A DNA stretch of 64,000 nt, from assembly GCA_028534125.1 (NCBI GenBank), contig CM052817.1, positions 84,074,001 through 84,138,000 on the forward strand, read 5' to 3'. The position numbers and the translations under genes were made by a program. The notes under the pieces were generated by a model that was given only the letters and a program-made list of their open reading frames with translations, did no database searches and was not told where the DNA came from. Source of the stretch: Lama glama (lineage: Eukaryota). Position 1 is the first letter of the stretch. Each line of letters opens with the position of its first letter. Shown piece after piece: positions 51,338-64,000 of the stretch.

Positions 51338-52009
51338 AAGGGACTGTGGCGTGGTGGCAGAAGTACTCTGCGAGGTTGGGGTGGATTGGGGGCCAACTCA
51401 CCATGATTTTTCCTGCGCCTCAAGTCCTTTGGGCACTTCCCATACTTTGAGTAACATTCCATGCAGCAACATATTGGATTGAGTTTACTTCTTGGGAAAC
51501 TTACAAGCTGAGCATCTCGTTAAGAGTATTTCATCTGAAGTGGGCACATGTAGGGCTGATTTCAGGACTGCTGTATGTGCTGGTACAGTTGTTTGGCTGT
51601 TACATACTGGTATCTCTAGCAGTTGGTAAATCACTGCCTGAGATCCACTGCCCAGCATGAAGGGGAAGCCTCTGAGACAGTGATGGGGCTCCAGAGCCTC
51701 GCGGCCCTGGGTGTCCATGCAGTTGCCAGGAGCCCAAGCCTCAAAGGAACTTGCCTGTGCCTGCCTAGACCCTTGAGGCAGCCAGCGTGCTGAGCCCCCT
51801 TGGCCACAGTTAGGCTTGTGTGGGGGAGGTCAGACAAAAGAGACTTGTCAAGGCAGTGCTCCCAGCCATGCCAACAAAATTCAGTTTTTAAAAGAAATTT
51901 TGAGCCATTTGGGAGATCAAAGCTTCTTTCTTCCTACCCTCACAACTCTTTTCCCTCATATTGGGGTGAAGTCCAGAAGCCTTCACTGTGGAGACCAGTT
52001 CAGGGACGA

Positions 52010-52140
52010 AAGATGTAATTCTAGTCCCGGCTCCAACACTTAATAACTCCACGACCTTGGGCAAGGGACTTAACCTCTCCACACTGTAGTTTTCTCATCT
52101 GCAGAGTATTGATGTTGGACTCAATTCCTTCCAGCTGTAA
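52010..52140 (+). mobile_element. MIR3-like SINE
   Basis: ttctagtcccggctcc...gaccttgggcaagggacttaacctctc...gttttctcatctgca...gttggactcaattccttccagct. Confidence 0.8.
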
Positions 52141-52394
52141 CAACAAATGATTTTTAGTCCTTACATTTCTGTTTACTAGCCCATTCACCCACCCCATCAA
52201 TGGATATGCCATTTATGCGTCAAGAAAGAAAGAAAAATAACATCATCTGCTAACAAATAATGTTTGAACACCAGTGAAGGTAAGAATGATGCCAAGCGGT
52301 CTGATGCAGCCTGAAAGAGAGAGTTGACAGGCACAGGATACGGCTGGCTGGCTGGCTCCACCCCTGCTCACCACATCTGTTAGCACAGGTGAGG

Positions 52395-52640
52395 GCTCTG
52401 GCTGAGCTTGGCTGCTGGAGCTTCATGCTGAAGGAGCCATGGCCACAGATTTAATCCCCATTCTACCTGGCTAAGGTCATCCATCTCCTGTCCTGCCCTA
52501 GCAACCACCTTTAAAATGTCATTGTGGCTCATCAAGGGCCCTAAAAAGTATGTTGATGGGCCAATGCAAATTCATTATTATTAACAGGAAAAATAATCTC
52601 AACATGCAAGTGACAGTGTCATACACTTGGCATAGAGGGA
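52395..52640 (+). mobile_element. MamSINE1-like (tRNA/RTE) SINE
   Basis: Decayed tRNA head tggctgagcttggctgctggagc...gccatggccacagatttaatcccca. Body tgatgggccaatgcaaattcattattattaacaggaaaaataatctcaa matches the recalled consensus. Confidence 0.65.
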
Positions 52641-54101
52641 TATGGTGTTAATGGACCTAGCATTGTTTTTGATTTTGTGGCTCATTTTGAGTATTGGTAG
52701 TTGTAAGTTATACATCATGTTATTTCTTTATGATTTTGAAAAAGTTTGTGGTCTTTTAAATTGTATTTTTTTTAATATTTTGGGGGTATTTTGGGGTGGG
52801 GGAGAGGAGGGAAAGTTACACCTCTTATTTTAGAGTAGATATCAGTCATAATGTCAAAGCTAATATGCAGAAATTCATTTTGTCGATTTTTATTATCAAT
52901 TTATTCCCTACATGGAGATTATCCTTGGTCAGAAAACATCATGGTCATCAGTGAGAATGACTGGGACTAAGGGATCATGGTGCTGTCGTCTGCTGTTGGG
53001 AGGATTGTTGTTTTATGTTTGTTAAAGACAGAAGAATTTATAGATCCATGTGTGAGTCTGTGGTTTTCTGAGAAGTTGCAGTTCCAGCCTGGCCTATATT
53101 TCTAAGGGCTTCAGTGCCATGGTGCTGATAGTCAAAATGTTGTGGTGGTTTTGGGGACACCCTTGTTGCTTTTTAGGAAAGTGAGGTTTTAATCTGGATT
53201 CTCATCTCATTTCTCTATTTCACTTTGGCTTCCTTTCTGTCCTCATAAAAGAAAATCCTACCAGGCTTGAACTCCAGCTTGATTTTAGGAATCATAGCCA
53301 GCTTTTTACACAATCAACACTACAGACACTTAATGGAAGAATTTAAGCTGAGACATGTAATACTCTTGAATTAGGAAATCCTGAGATTTGTCCCTGTTCA
53401 AAACCTTCCTTAATTTAAAAGCTAAAAAAAATTGGTAAATGTCACTTCCCGATGCACACACTAAATTCAAGATTAAAAATAATGTCCAAAGTACAGTGTG
53501 AATTGGCTGATGTTCCTTCAGCAATTGAACTGTGTCAGAATTTCATACTGGGGGTTTGTCACTCATTGTTGTGATAACATTTTAAGTCTGAACCTGACTT
53601 TCCTATAGTGCCAAACTTACCAGCCAGCCTTCCCTGCTCTTTTATTATATGTGTGTTAAGGAACCTGCAAGACCCCTTGGTAAATCAAAGCCTGATCCAT
53701 CAAGGCTTAGCAGTGAAGGAAGGGACCTTCACTGCACCTCGGGAGGGACAGCCAGGTGTTATGGCAAACATTTGTTCCCAGGACTCCCCTTCTCCTTGGG
53801 GATTTTTTACTTATTATGCTGTTGTCACCACATTAATCCCCCCCCCACATTAATTAATTAGGTCACTTCTCCTCCAATAATGCTCAGGTCAAGGGTGGAC
53901 CCAAATGTCTCCTTAATTCTCCAAAGCCCATAGTGTGGCTGTGACCAAACTACAACTTTTAAACAACAATTTTTAGATACCAAAAACTTTGGGTTTACAA
54001 AAGGGAAATAAATACTAAGAGTCACATAAAAACAGATGATCTGGTTTGCAAGATTCCTCTCTCTGCCTTGTTTCTGCCTCCTTTGGAGGAAATCTTCAAT
54101 C

Positions 54102-54119
54102 TCTACCACCTGGTGGTGG
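54102..54119 (-). promoter_or_regulatory. Candidate CTCF motif
   Basis: Minus strand CCACCAGGTGGTAG, one mismatch to CCASYAGRKGGCRS. Confidence 0.35.
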
Positions 54120-56661
54120 CCTCACGCCAAGTCCCAGAGAAAGAACGACTGTTCCCTTCCCACCTATCTCAGGATCTCTTTTTCTAGCCAGGGACCTTTT
54201 TTCCCTTGGATGATAGATATTGGGAATGTCCAGCTTGTGAGGGCTTTATTCTATGGCCTTCACAAGATCAGAATGAACCTGGATTGACTCAGCAGCCCTA
54301 TGAGACATCCAGGAGAATAAGGGGTATTGATGTTTGAGCAATATAGGAAAGTCAGGACCAACCCCCAAATGCTTTCTGGTAACAGTGATTCTCACCCTTT
54401 TGAGTATTAGGATCTTTTTCAGTACACTTGAAGAAATGGAAAATTAGCAAGTCAACAGTCATTATAAAACAATAACTTCTATGATATTACAGCTCTTACT
54501 GTGTTTTATCACTTTGCTTCTACTGAATAGAACCATGTGTTGATCTGACTTATTCTCTTTAGGCTTCTAAGGGCAAAGTTCTCCCTTATTCCAGTAAATT
54601 TTTTTTGTTTGTTTGTTTTGGTTTAATGTTACCACTGCCTTATGTCCCCCACCTAGGAGGTTGTCCATTTGTTCCACATCATGTTGCTTCTGTCCATTAG
54701 GCTGTATGGTCCATCCAATGGACATCATAGGCTTCATACTTTTAATATTTTCCACATTGTTTAAAATTTATTAGTACACTTTTGAAGCTTTCTCTGACAT
54801 ACCTAAGTGTCACAGGACCCTAGCTGACAATAAATGTACTACATTATTAGGGTTCATTTGAATAAGATCAGAATTTTTAGACTGCATATTTTTGACTAGT
54901 TTTATTATATAAACTTGTTTTTAGCATGCATGTGATAGGTATTGGAAAAGAAATTTGCATTTAAATTTCCTACATGTATGTGAATTTAGGTGTATGTGTA
55001 TGTTTTAAATAAACAATATGGCAAGGAATGCTGGCTCACATACAAAGATCTATAGATGACTTTCTCAGTATGGGCCCTTGGGTTTTGTGGTGCTGTGACT
55101 ACCTCAAAACAAAGGGAAATGTTTTGCTATGAATTTCCTGTTCCTGGAAGACTACATAGTTGAAAAAAATCTCTTCTTTCCTCTTGAGAGCTCTCCGAGT
55201 GCCAAAGTAAGGAGAAGCCCTTGAAAGGATTACTCAGGTTCCCCGTACATTTTCTCCTCACCCCCAAAGTCTAATAATTTAAAAAAGAAACGGAAGAGCA
55301 CTTGTCACTAACTTCTTACCACTTTAAAATAGCCAGATGCAGTTCATGCATCTCTGTCAGGTTTGGACGCACACCAGCCATGAAAATGCTCTGTCTTTTT
55401 TAGGAAGTAAATTGCATACATATCGCGAAGAGTATTCAAAAAAGTGGTTTCCTTTTTGCTTTGTCTGAACTACTTGCATGTCAGTTTTCACCGTGCTCTC
55501 AGTCCATAACCATTTCCTTTAGCTTGGCGAGCTTCACCAGCCTCTCTCTGCTCATTCACCAGAGTGGCTGCACTGTAATAGTTGGTTGCCAAGAGGTCAA
55601 GACCCCTGAGTCTTATTAGGCTTGGAAGGGACATTGAGATGGATCATGAAATGCCCATATTTTTAAATGAGGAGATTGAAACTTGGAGAGATTGGCTGGC
55701 TTCTGGAGGCCACAAACTCGTCTGTGATGGTCTAGGAGCCAGGCCCCCTCCGTTGATTTAAGGCTGTAACTGCTGCACCTCTGGTGAAGCCCTTTGAACA
55801 CTGCCAGGCTTTCTATAAACGTCAGGTCTCCATGGAGGGCTGATGAAATTGCTGTTGCATTCAATCTTTTGTCAAAAGTGCAGAATCCCACCAAAAGTTA
55901 GTCTGCTTCTAATGAAAGTTTCAGGGTAAAATGACCCCTTTCCTTTAGCCAGAGCTCACCGGTCTCTTGCTTCTGATGGCGGAGAAAATGCAATTCATTA
56001 TTATTTGTTTAAAGCCTTCAGAATTTAGAAGTTATGATAATCTAGATATGAACAAATAGTTCTTACAGAACAATAACTTCAAAATAAGCATTTTTCAAAG
56101 TGATAAATACTTGTGAGAGGAATTTTGTCCAAAATCCATAGTTCAGAAAATAAAGGATTTTATTAAAATGGCTTTATCTTCCAGGTTCAGCATCTAATTC
56201 AACAAAGAAAATGCAGTGTTTTTTCATTTTACTGTGCAACATTCTGAGGCCTGTTGACTTGTTTTCATTCACATTAATCTAAATTTTTATCCTTCCTTTA
56301 AAGTTGAGCTGGAATTGTTTGATACTGTGATTATACAAAAGTAACAAAATAAATGATCTTCTGCTCTAATTCTATAACTAGCCTTCACATTTCATTGTTC
56401 TGTTCAGGCCCTCACTACCTTTTGACCTTTCTCCCAGTGCATCCAAATGATTGAGGTTCAAATATGCATCATTTTCTCAATAACATCAGAAATCCCCCAG
56501 AAACAGAGGCAATGTAGCAGAACCCCCTTCTTCATGGTAAAGATTTTGGGGAAGCATCTTTTGCACTAACTAGGTTACATCAGATGGCTCTTAAAGAATG
56601 TTTCCTGGGGGTATGATTTGGGCTGTGGTATCTATAAGTCTGTGTTAACATGAACCATGAG

Positions 56662-57502
56662 ATTTTCTTTTTTTTTTTAAACAAAGTTTTATGATTCCTG
56701 TGCAGTAAACTACACATATTTCTGATGTACAATTTGATGAATTTTGATGGATATATACACTAATGAAACCACCACCAAAATCAAGACAGTTAACAATTCT
56801 ATCACTCCCCAAGAGGTGCAAATTTTGAATTCCCTGTTAACCCCTTCCCACCCCTTTTACCCCTGGTAACTATAAGTTTGCTTTCCATGTCTGTGAGTCT
56901 GTTTCTGTTTTGTAGATAAGTTCATTTGTGTCCTTTTTTTTTTTTAAGATTCCACATATAAGTGACGTCATATGCTATTTTTCTTTCTTTCTGACTTACT
57001 TCACTTAGAATGACAATCTCCAGGTCCATCCATGTTGCTGCAAAAGGCATTTTATTCTTTTTAATGACTGAGTAGTATTCCATTGTATATATACATATAC
57101 ACCGCATTTTCTTTATCCAGTCATCTGTTGATGGACAGATGGGTTGTTCCCATGTCTTGGCTGTTGTAAATAGTGCTCCTGTGAACACTGGGGTGCATAT
57201 GTCTTTCTGAGTTATATTTTCCTCTGGATATATGCCCAGGAGTGGAATTGCTGGATCATATGGTAAGTCTATTTTTAGTTTTTTGAGGAATCTCCATACT
57301 GTCCTCCACAGTGGCTGCATCCATTTACATTCCCACCAACAGTGTAGGAGGGTTCCTTTTTCTCCAGCATTTATCATTTGTGGACTTTTTAATGATGGTC
57401 ATTCTGACTGGTGTGAGGTGATGCCTCATTGTAGTTTTAATTTGCATTTCTCTGATAATTAGTGATGTTGAGCATCTTTTCATGTGCTTATTGGCCATCT
57501 GC
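56662..57502 (-). mobile_element. L1 3' fragment (young ORF2 C-terminus joined to an older-type 3' terminus)
   Basis: ORF 56922-57377(-) [40 protein letters not shown] is the L1 ORF2p C-terminal domain. Poly-T at left end. Confidence 0.95.
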
Positions 57503-59329
57503 TTTTAATTTGTTTGGCAGCCAGATTTCCTTAGTTCCTTGTCCCAGGTTAATTTTCAGAGCTTCTTCATGAAATCTAACCCAAGTTTATGCCCAGTCAT
57601 TTGAGACAACCATGAAGCAGGGGCAGGCCGCCTGCTGTCTGGGTGAGAGGAACTTGTTTATTGAATGGCTGGAATTCAATGGAGTTTACTCTTCTCCTGT
57701 CATTGCCTGAAAACATGCTCTTGGATCTCCCTTCTTCATGCACAGCTTTCCAGCCATTTTTCAGGCACAGTATTAAGGTCCACTCAGGTTAAATCTTCTG
57801 CCTGCTCTCCTATCAGGCCTAATCCACAGTGGCCTGTTCTTTCACTTGTTCTTTTTTTCCACCTCTCCTCTGTTGTTGCCTCTGGTCCTCTCTTCCTTCT
57901 CTATGCAGAGCCAGGGAAGAAGGATTAGGGGCAGAAGAAATGTCTCTTACCTGTCAGTGTTGTTTTGGTCTTGTCCCCATACCCTTGGTGTTCTTCCAGA
58001 GCCCTTTCCTCTGTGGCTGACTTACTGTGACCCTTAGCAGTGTATTCACAGCTAGGGTCTCCTTTCACCCTGCTTAATCCTGGACTCCAACCTACTCTCC
58101 AACCCACAGTCAGTTCCTGGATCATTGGTAACACATGCCTTCAGAGAAATTCTGTCTTTCACATATGTACACCCACTTGCTACTTTGGTTTTCAAATCAA
58201 GAGTTTTGTTTTTAGTTTGGCTTTGTTTTTCCACCCTGGGTGCTTTCCCTCATTTGAGTCTAGCTGTGTAATTAAAATTTTGTTTCATGCCAGATCTAGT
58301 TGTGGTAGGGTCTCCCAGTGTATCAAGTCTACTGTACTGGGGAAGGAGAAGTTGGACCTTTGAGTTTGGGAAGCTTTGCAAATTTCCAGGCAGGGAGAAG
58401 CATGGCCATCTCCCCTCACTGCAGCCTTGCCTGTCCCTATGAATGTGTCTATTCCTACATGTCCATTCTAAGAATCTGTTTTTAAATTTCTAGTTTTTAA
58501 ACAGGGTGGTAATTGTTAGATTGATTTTTCTGTGTTTTGGTAAGTCTTTTTTTTTTTTTTCCCCCAGATTTTGTGTAAGTACTTAGTACTTACTGTCTCC
58601 AGCTTTGGGGCTTTTGCCAGAATTCTGAGACAGAGGAAATGTTCCATCTTGTTCTCTGGTACTTAGCACATGGTTGAGCCCTAGTGTTTCTAGACCATAA
58701 TTCTTAGCCTCATTTGGAACTCTAAATACCACTTAAACCATTTCATTCCAGCCCTCCTGAGGACCTGAACGCCATCATTAATTGTGTTGTCTGGTGAATA
58801 CCTTGGTTGGCAAAACTGGTTTGACTTGAGGATTCTGGTATTCTCTTGCAAAGTATAAAGATTCAGAGTTTAGCCACCATGGCATATTTGGGAACTTCAA
58901 TATAATTTCTAAAAAAGGAAAATCAGCAGTCCATTCTATGATGTTTTCACCTTGAGGTTGGACTTTACTCAAACAAGCTGCACATCACAGGGACTTTATA
59001 GTAACAACATTGGAGAAGGGAGTGTGAATGGGAAAAGCTCATGGAAAGTCAAGATAATGGTTACCACAGCCATTAAGACCAAAGCTGCTGGTCTCTAAGG
59101 GTTTATCAAAATTCCCCATCAAGAGGTTTCCGAAAGGTATCATGGAAGCCTTAGGAAGGCTTTGGCAGCTTCAAAATACATTGGGCTATATCTTATAGAC
59201 CTCTGATTAACACTCAGACATTAGCGAGCCCTAGAATTTTGAGCTCTGGTAAGTTTTCTAAACACAGATCTCTAAGAATTTAACAGTTTGGAGTGCCTAT
59301 TATCTTATTCTAAACTTTTTATGCTCCTG

Positions 59330-59680
59330 TCCACTCCACAGCCATATTTTTATGCTATGTAGTCTCCTGGCCTTAACTGATTGGATTGGGGTGAACATCT
59401 TGACCCCTTCTAGGCTTGATCTTTCTTTCAAGAATTTGGAATTGGCACTGAGAAATAGTCTGTACTTGTGGCTGAAACTTAAGTAATATAAACTCAGGAA
59501 CTGTGCATGGAGAAGCATAAAAGAGACAGGAAAAAAAGAGACATTTTTCCTTGTCTCTTGAGGGTTTTCCCCTTCCCAGAACACTACACAGCTCTTAGTA
59601 TCATTCTAATGAATTTTCCTTTTAGACAAAAGATGGCTTAAGTTAATATCTCTTATTTAAAACCAAGACAGCCTTGACAA
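59330..59680 (+). mobile_element. Old MaLR/ERVL-type LTR fragment
   Basis: ctgattggattggggtgaacatcttgacc...aatttggaattgg; aattttccttt...ggcttaagtt. Similar to 40890-41335. Confidence 0.4.
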
Positions 59681-59966
59681 AGACAGAGAGCCCTCTAGTT
59701 TTATAGTATGTCTTACAGTAATTCATGTAAATCCTATAAACATGATTACACTGTTTTTACTGCATTTTCAGGGTTCTGAGTTGCAGACAACAGACTCCAC
59801 TGGAGTCAGTCTAGGCAGAAAAATATAAAGAGTATTAGATAGTTCATAGAAATTTCTGAATAGAACCAGTTTTGGAGGCTACATGACTAAGAACAAATCA
59901 GTCAAGTACAACAACACATCTGGAAGAACTGCCCAGTTACACCATGGGATTATCCTTAGAGGCACC

Positions 59967-60889
59967 TGTGATGTTAGAGTCTGGGCGACAGAACTGCTTT
60001 CACAGCTACCCCAGGTTAAGAGGGTTCATGATCTCAATTCTAACATATGTGTGGAGGTTCCCCATACCAACAAGCAATTATCAGATGCCAGCAGGGTGTC
60101 TGAGAATTCAACTCAATTCTGACATTATCTACCTAGAGATAGAATCAGATTCCATAGGTAAAGGACTCAGTCCCACAAGACCATCCTCCACTTCAGATGC
60201 CAGTTGCATGTCTAGATTGTTACCTGCGCTTCTGACCTAATGGCTGTAAATCAGAGATTTATACCCTGATTATAAAACCCTCCTCAGATTTGATCAATCT
60301 GCTAGAACAGCTCACAGAACTCAGGAAAACTTGTTTATTCAGCAAATTACCTATTTATTATAAAAAGATATTAAAGGATACGATCAACAGCCAGCTGAAG
60401 AGATACATAAAGGAGGTCCCAAACAAAGGAGCTTCTGTCCTCATGGAGTGTGGGGCCTGACATGGTGGCACGGCATGGCAGAATCAGTCTGGTTCCCCCA
60501 AGAAGGGCCAAAAAGCTATCCTTTGGGTTTTTTATGAAGGCTACATTACATGGTCATGATGGAATAAATCATTGGCCAATGGCAGTTGATTCAACCTCCA
60601 GCCCCTCCCTGGAAATCAGTGGGTAGGACTGAAGGTTCCAGCCCTCTAATCACATAGTTGATTCTCCTGGCAACCAGCCCCGCCCCCCCCCCCACACCCT
60701 GAGGTGGAATCAGAAAGTCACTTTTTCTGAAGCTTTTTCAGGAACTGAAGAGGGGAGACCAAATATCCCATTGTTCTTATTGTTCAGGAAATTCCAAGGG
60801 TTTGGGGATCTGTGAGCCAGGAACTGTAGATGAAGATGAACTATATATGAGAAAAAATATATACATTTTCTATAAATCACTACATCACA
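59967..60889 (-). mobile_element. MER21-like ERV LTR
   Basis: Inverted termini tgtgatgt...acatcaca. Motifs aattcaactcaattctgacattatctacct, ctagaacagctcacagaactcaggaaaac, gattcaacctccagcccctccc, caggaaattccaagggtt. Confidence 0.8.
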
Positions 60890-61029
60890 CCAGGAAAAGC
60901 CAAAGGCTTCTTCTACCATGTTTATTGGAAGAGTCTGTCTCACTGAGGGTTCAGCCACTGACTCAAATTACTTCCACCTCCAAATCAGTGGTTCCTTGTG
61001 AACGTAGGGTTCCATGTGGACCTGATAGG

Positions 61030-61590
61030 GATACATAGAGGTTTTGATAGAACAGTGAATCTGAAGAGGCCTAGGAGCAAGACAAGGAGGTAACAAAAGG
61101 TGGAGACCTCCTACCTGGAGGCTATGAGGCAGGAATCTGAGTCCAGCAGTGGATTCCAGCATAATCCACTTAAGACCAACCAGGATCAGCCACACCCTGG
61201 TGAACACCAGCAGGGGGCACTCAGAGACTAGACCAGATCGACAAAACCCAGCTTGCGGGAGACCAGAGTCCCCGCTCTCAATTTCCATCATTCCCTAGAG
61301 GCCATCTTGGGAAGTAAGAGGAAGAGAAGAGCCCCTTTGAGGGATTTGTAAGAATCAGCACTGATATGGGATTTAACTTTGAATTGATTGAATATTTACC
61401 CCAAAGAGGATAAGTACCATAGAGATTTTTCTAAAAGTAGAACAGACTGAGGTTTAAGTTTTAAAAAATTCTCTCTCTTTCTCTGTCTCTCTTCTGAGTG
61501 AGAATGGGGCCCCATAGAAAGTTGAGATTTATAATGATAAATAAGAGCTACATTTTTTGCACCTTCGGGCTGTAATGTTTACATTTCAAC
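61030..61590 (+). mobile_element. Possible ancient LTR (MamGypLTR-like)
   Basis: Weak resemblance only (gccatcttgg..., ataaataagagctacatttttgcacc...ttaca). Confidence 0.3.
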
Positions 61591-62194
61591 CTCCCTGAAT
61601 GCAAACTAGGAAAACTACAAGCTCCCTTGGAGCAGCATCTGGTGATGGTTTGGAAATGGCTTGGTGAGAGTCAGGAAAGGACAAAGGCAGTCCTTTCCTT
61701 TTCACTGCAGCTGATGTTGACATTACAAGGCTTCCTAGGTTTCCAGTCAGCCAAGAAAAGACTAAGAGCCTGCTCAACTGGTTGAAGGGACTCATTGCCA
61801 AAGCTGAGGGAGTGGTGGTTGAGGTGGGGAGCAGACACACCTCCATACTGTCCCCAATGGCAGCAGGCTGCAGAAGAGGTGCCCTGCTGGCCACTCCTGA
61901 CCACTCCCTGATAGCGTGTGAGAGCCGCCTTCCATACAATGCCAAGACTAGAGACCAGGTAGAGACCAACAGAGAGCAGACTGCAGTACTTCCCATCCCC
62001 ACTCTCGGCAGTGATGTCCACCAGATGCCCAGGCACCCGCAGGCCACGGGGGCCCCTTTCCCATAGACGTGAGGACATGACTGAGCATTGCCCCTAAAGA
62101 GATAGACTTTATCTGAAAGAGACTGTTTAAAACTGAGGTGAATAGAGAAGATAATTTTAATGGCAAGTTTAATTTTATTTCTCACAGTTTAGCC

Positions 62195-62420
62195 TAGTGA
62201 CCAAGAGTATGAACTCTGGAGCGGGATGACCTGCTCCATTTGTGAGCTATGTGGCCTTGGGCAAATAAACCTCTGACACTGGTTGCTCATCTGCTAAATG
62301 GGGATCCTAAAAGCGCTACCTCCTAGGATGTGTAGGATTAAATGGTTAATATATCTCGAGTCCTTGGAAGAGTGCCTGGCACAGAGAGCAACCACTGGTA
62401 AGGGTTGCTATTATCATTGC
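62195..62420 (+). mobile_element. MIR SINE
   Basis: gagctatgtggccttgggcaaat...ctcatctgctaaatggggat...ctacctcctaggatg...agagtgcctggcacag. Confidence 0.85.
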
Positions 62421-63259
62421 CCTACAGGATGGTGATTCATGAGGAAGTTAAAGTCCGTTAGAGAAACTTAAAAAAAAAAAAAAGGAGATTCCACGTTTGT
62501 TCCATCTCATCTGTGATGTGTAAATTTTGGATCCCACCAGAGACAGATACTTGGCTCCAACAGTCACACCTAAGACAGCGGCCCCTGGGAGGAGTATGCC
62601 AACAGTCCACTTCATTCTGGATGCAAAGCTCAGAGACACAGACTGCAGGAGTCTGTTATATGTGCCCACACCCCCCTCTTTAAAGACATTTCAGCCTTTC
62701 AGCATTCAAGGCTGTTTTCAGCCCAGAGACAACAGGCCGCTCCCCTGCCTTGGTTTGACTGCCTGTTTTAGTTGCTATTCTTTTATCTTCCACAACTGGG
62801 TGAGGTTGCTCTCTGAATTTTTATAGCACTTCAGGATGCAAAAGGCTATTGTTACAAGAAGAACCTTTAAGTGTATTGTTCATTCCTTTAAACAGAGATT
62901 TGTTGTTATTTTTAAATTCTAAACCTTTGGAGCAGTGAGAGTTTTAGGAGAACAAACACTTCAATGCATAATGAGACTGGATCTGTGCTATTGTAAAGCC
63001 GGAGAACCCTGGTGTCAATTGCCTGTGGTAGCGTCTGCTGTTAACAAAACTCAGGTCAGGCTTCTATCTTGAGTGGGCTGAAGCTAACTATGCCCCCTGC
63101 TCCCCGGTGACAGACTCTCAAGTGACCACCAATGGATTTAGACAGGTTGTGACTTACTGAGGGGCTGGTGAGTACAGGTGAGGAACCCCCTATGTAACTG
63201 CCATTTGCTGAGAACTTGTCACATGCCAGCATCATACCAGGCACTCTGCATTAGACATT

Positions 63260-63703
63260 CTATCAATGTCCTAGAGCTACAAGAACAAATTACCACAAAA
63301 TTGGTGGCTTAAGACAATGGAAATTTATTCTCTAACAGTTCTGGAGGCTGGAAATCTGAAATCAAGGTGTCGGCAGGGCCATGCTCCCTCAAAAGGGACC
63401 TTAAAAATCTCTAGGGGTGAGTCCTTCCTTTCCTCTCTAATCCTTGGCTTGCGGCTGCATCACTCTGATCTCTGCCTCTGTGGTCACATTGCTTTCTCCC
63501 CGTCTCCGTGTCTTCTCATCTGTATAAGGATACATCATTGGATTATCTGGGTGGGTCCTTACCTTACATAATCCAGCAAGATCTCAGATTTTTAACTTAA
63601 ATATATCTATAAAGACCCTTTCACCAAATAACCCACATTTATAGATTCTGGGGATTAGGACATGAATATATCTTTTGGGGGGGCTGCCACTCAATGTACT
63701 ATA
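63260..63703 (-). mobile_element. MLT1B-like MaLR LTR
   Basis: aacaaattaccacaaaattggtggcttaagacaatggaaatttattctctaacagttctggaggctggaaatctgaaatcaaggtgtcggcagggccatgctccctc. Confidence 0.9.
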
Positions 63704-63884
63704 GATATCTCTGAAATTATAACAATTACACTCTGAAAGCATGTGTCATCTCAAAACTCAACTTCAAAAATTTTTAAATTGCTTAAGATTATGCTGATTG
63801 TAAGTGACAGAGATGATTTAAATGCAGAACTGTCTGGTTTCAAAGCATTTGTTCTTTCTACTCTATCATGCTAAAAATAACAGC

Positions 63885-64000
63885 AATACTAATTATAGCT
63901 GATATTTATCGAATACCATCCATGTATCAGGCACTACGCTAGACGTATTAGTAGTATTATTCTGAACTTTCTGACAATCCTATAAATTAGGTTTTCTTAT
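63885..64000 (-). mobile_element. MIR SINE, truncated by window end
   Basis: atagctgatatttatcgaatacc...atgtatcaggcactacgctag...gacaatcctat. Confidence 0.6.

Noticed and set aside
56922..57377. 151-aa ORF as a host gene
   Set aside because: It is the L1 ORF2p C-terminus in a 5'-truncated element.
58546..58580. Strong acceptor (T-run, cccccag) followed 7 nt later by GTAAGT
   Set aside because: A 7-nt exon with poor exonic donor context, and the tract is a simple T-run; insufficient support.
61586..62185. 199-aa ORF, the longest in the window
   Set aside because: No recognisable domain, overlapping ORFs in several frames, and locally higher GC explains the lack of stops.

Overview
This is AT-rich, CpG-depleted, repeat-dense mammalian genomic DNA. 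It is most likely camelid, because it carries a Vic-1-like tRNA-Ala-derived SINE at 18847-18999. I can support no protein-coding gene: the ORF track consists of chance ORFs and transposon-derived peptides (L1 ORF2 C-termini, hAT transposase remnant). The window reads as intronic or intergenic sequence with L1, L2, MIR, MamSINE1, MaLR/ERVL/ERV1 solo LTRs and hAT DNA transposons, several nested with readable TSDs. The most notable items are (1) a ~1.1 kb reverse-transcriptase fossil with colinear R4/Dong-clade motifs (Mam_R4-like) at 41350-42450; (2) a young L1 at 43151-43755 whose normal 3'UTR is replaced by a foreign mRNA-like 3' end and which also carries an apparent 3' transduction; (3) a candidate promoter or first exon at ~49.8-50.9 kb; (4) a twin-priming inverted L1 inside MER5A; and (5) two candidate microexons. 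Repeat subfamily names come from recalled consensus sequences and need RepeatMasker/Dfam confirmation. I found no convincing novel multi-gene system.
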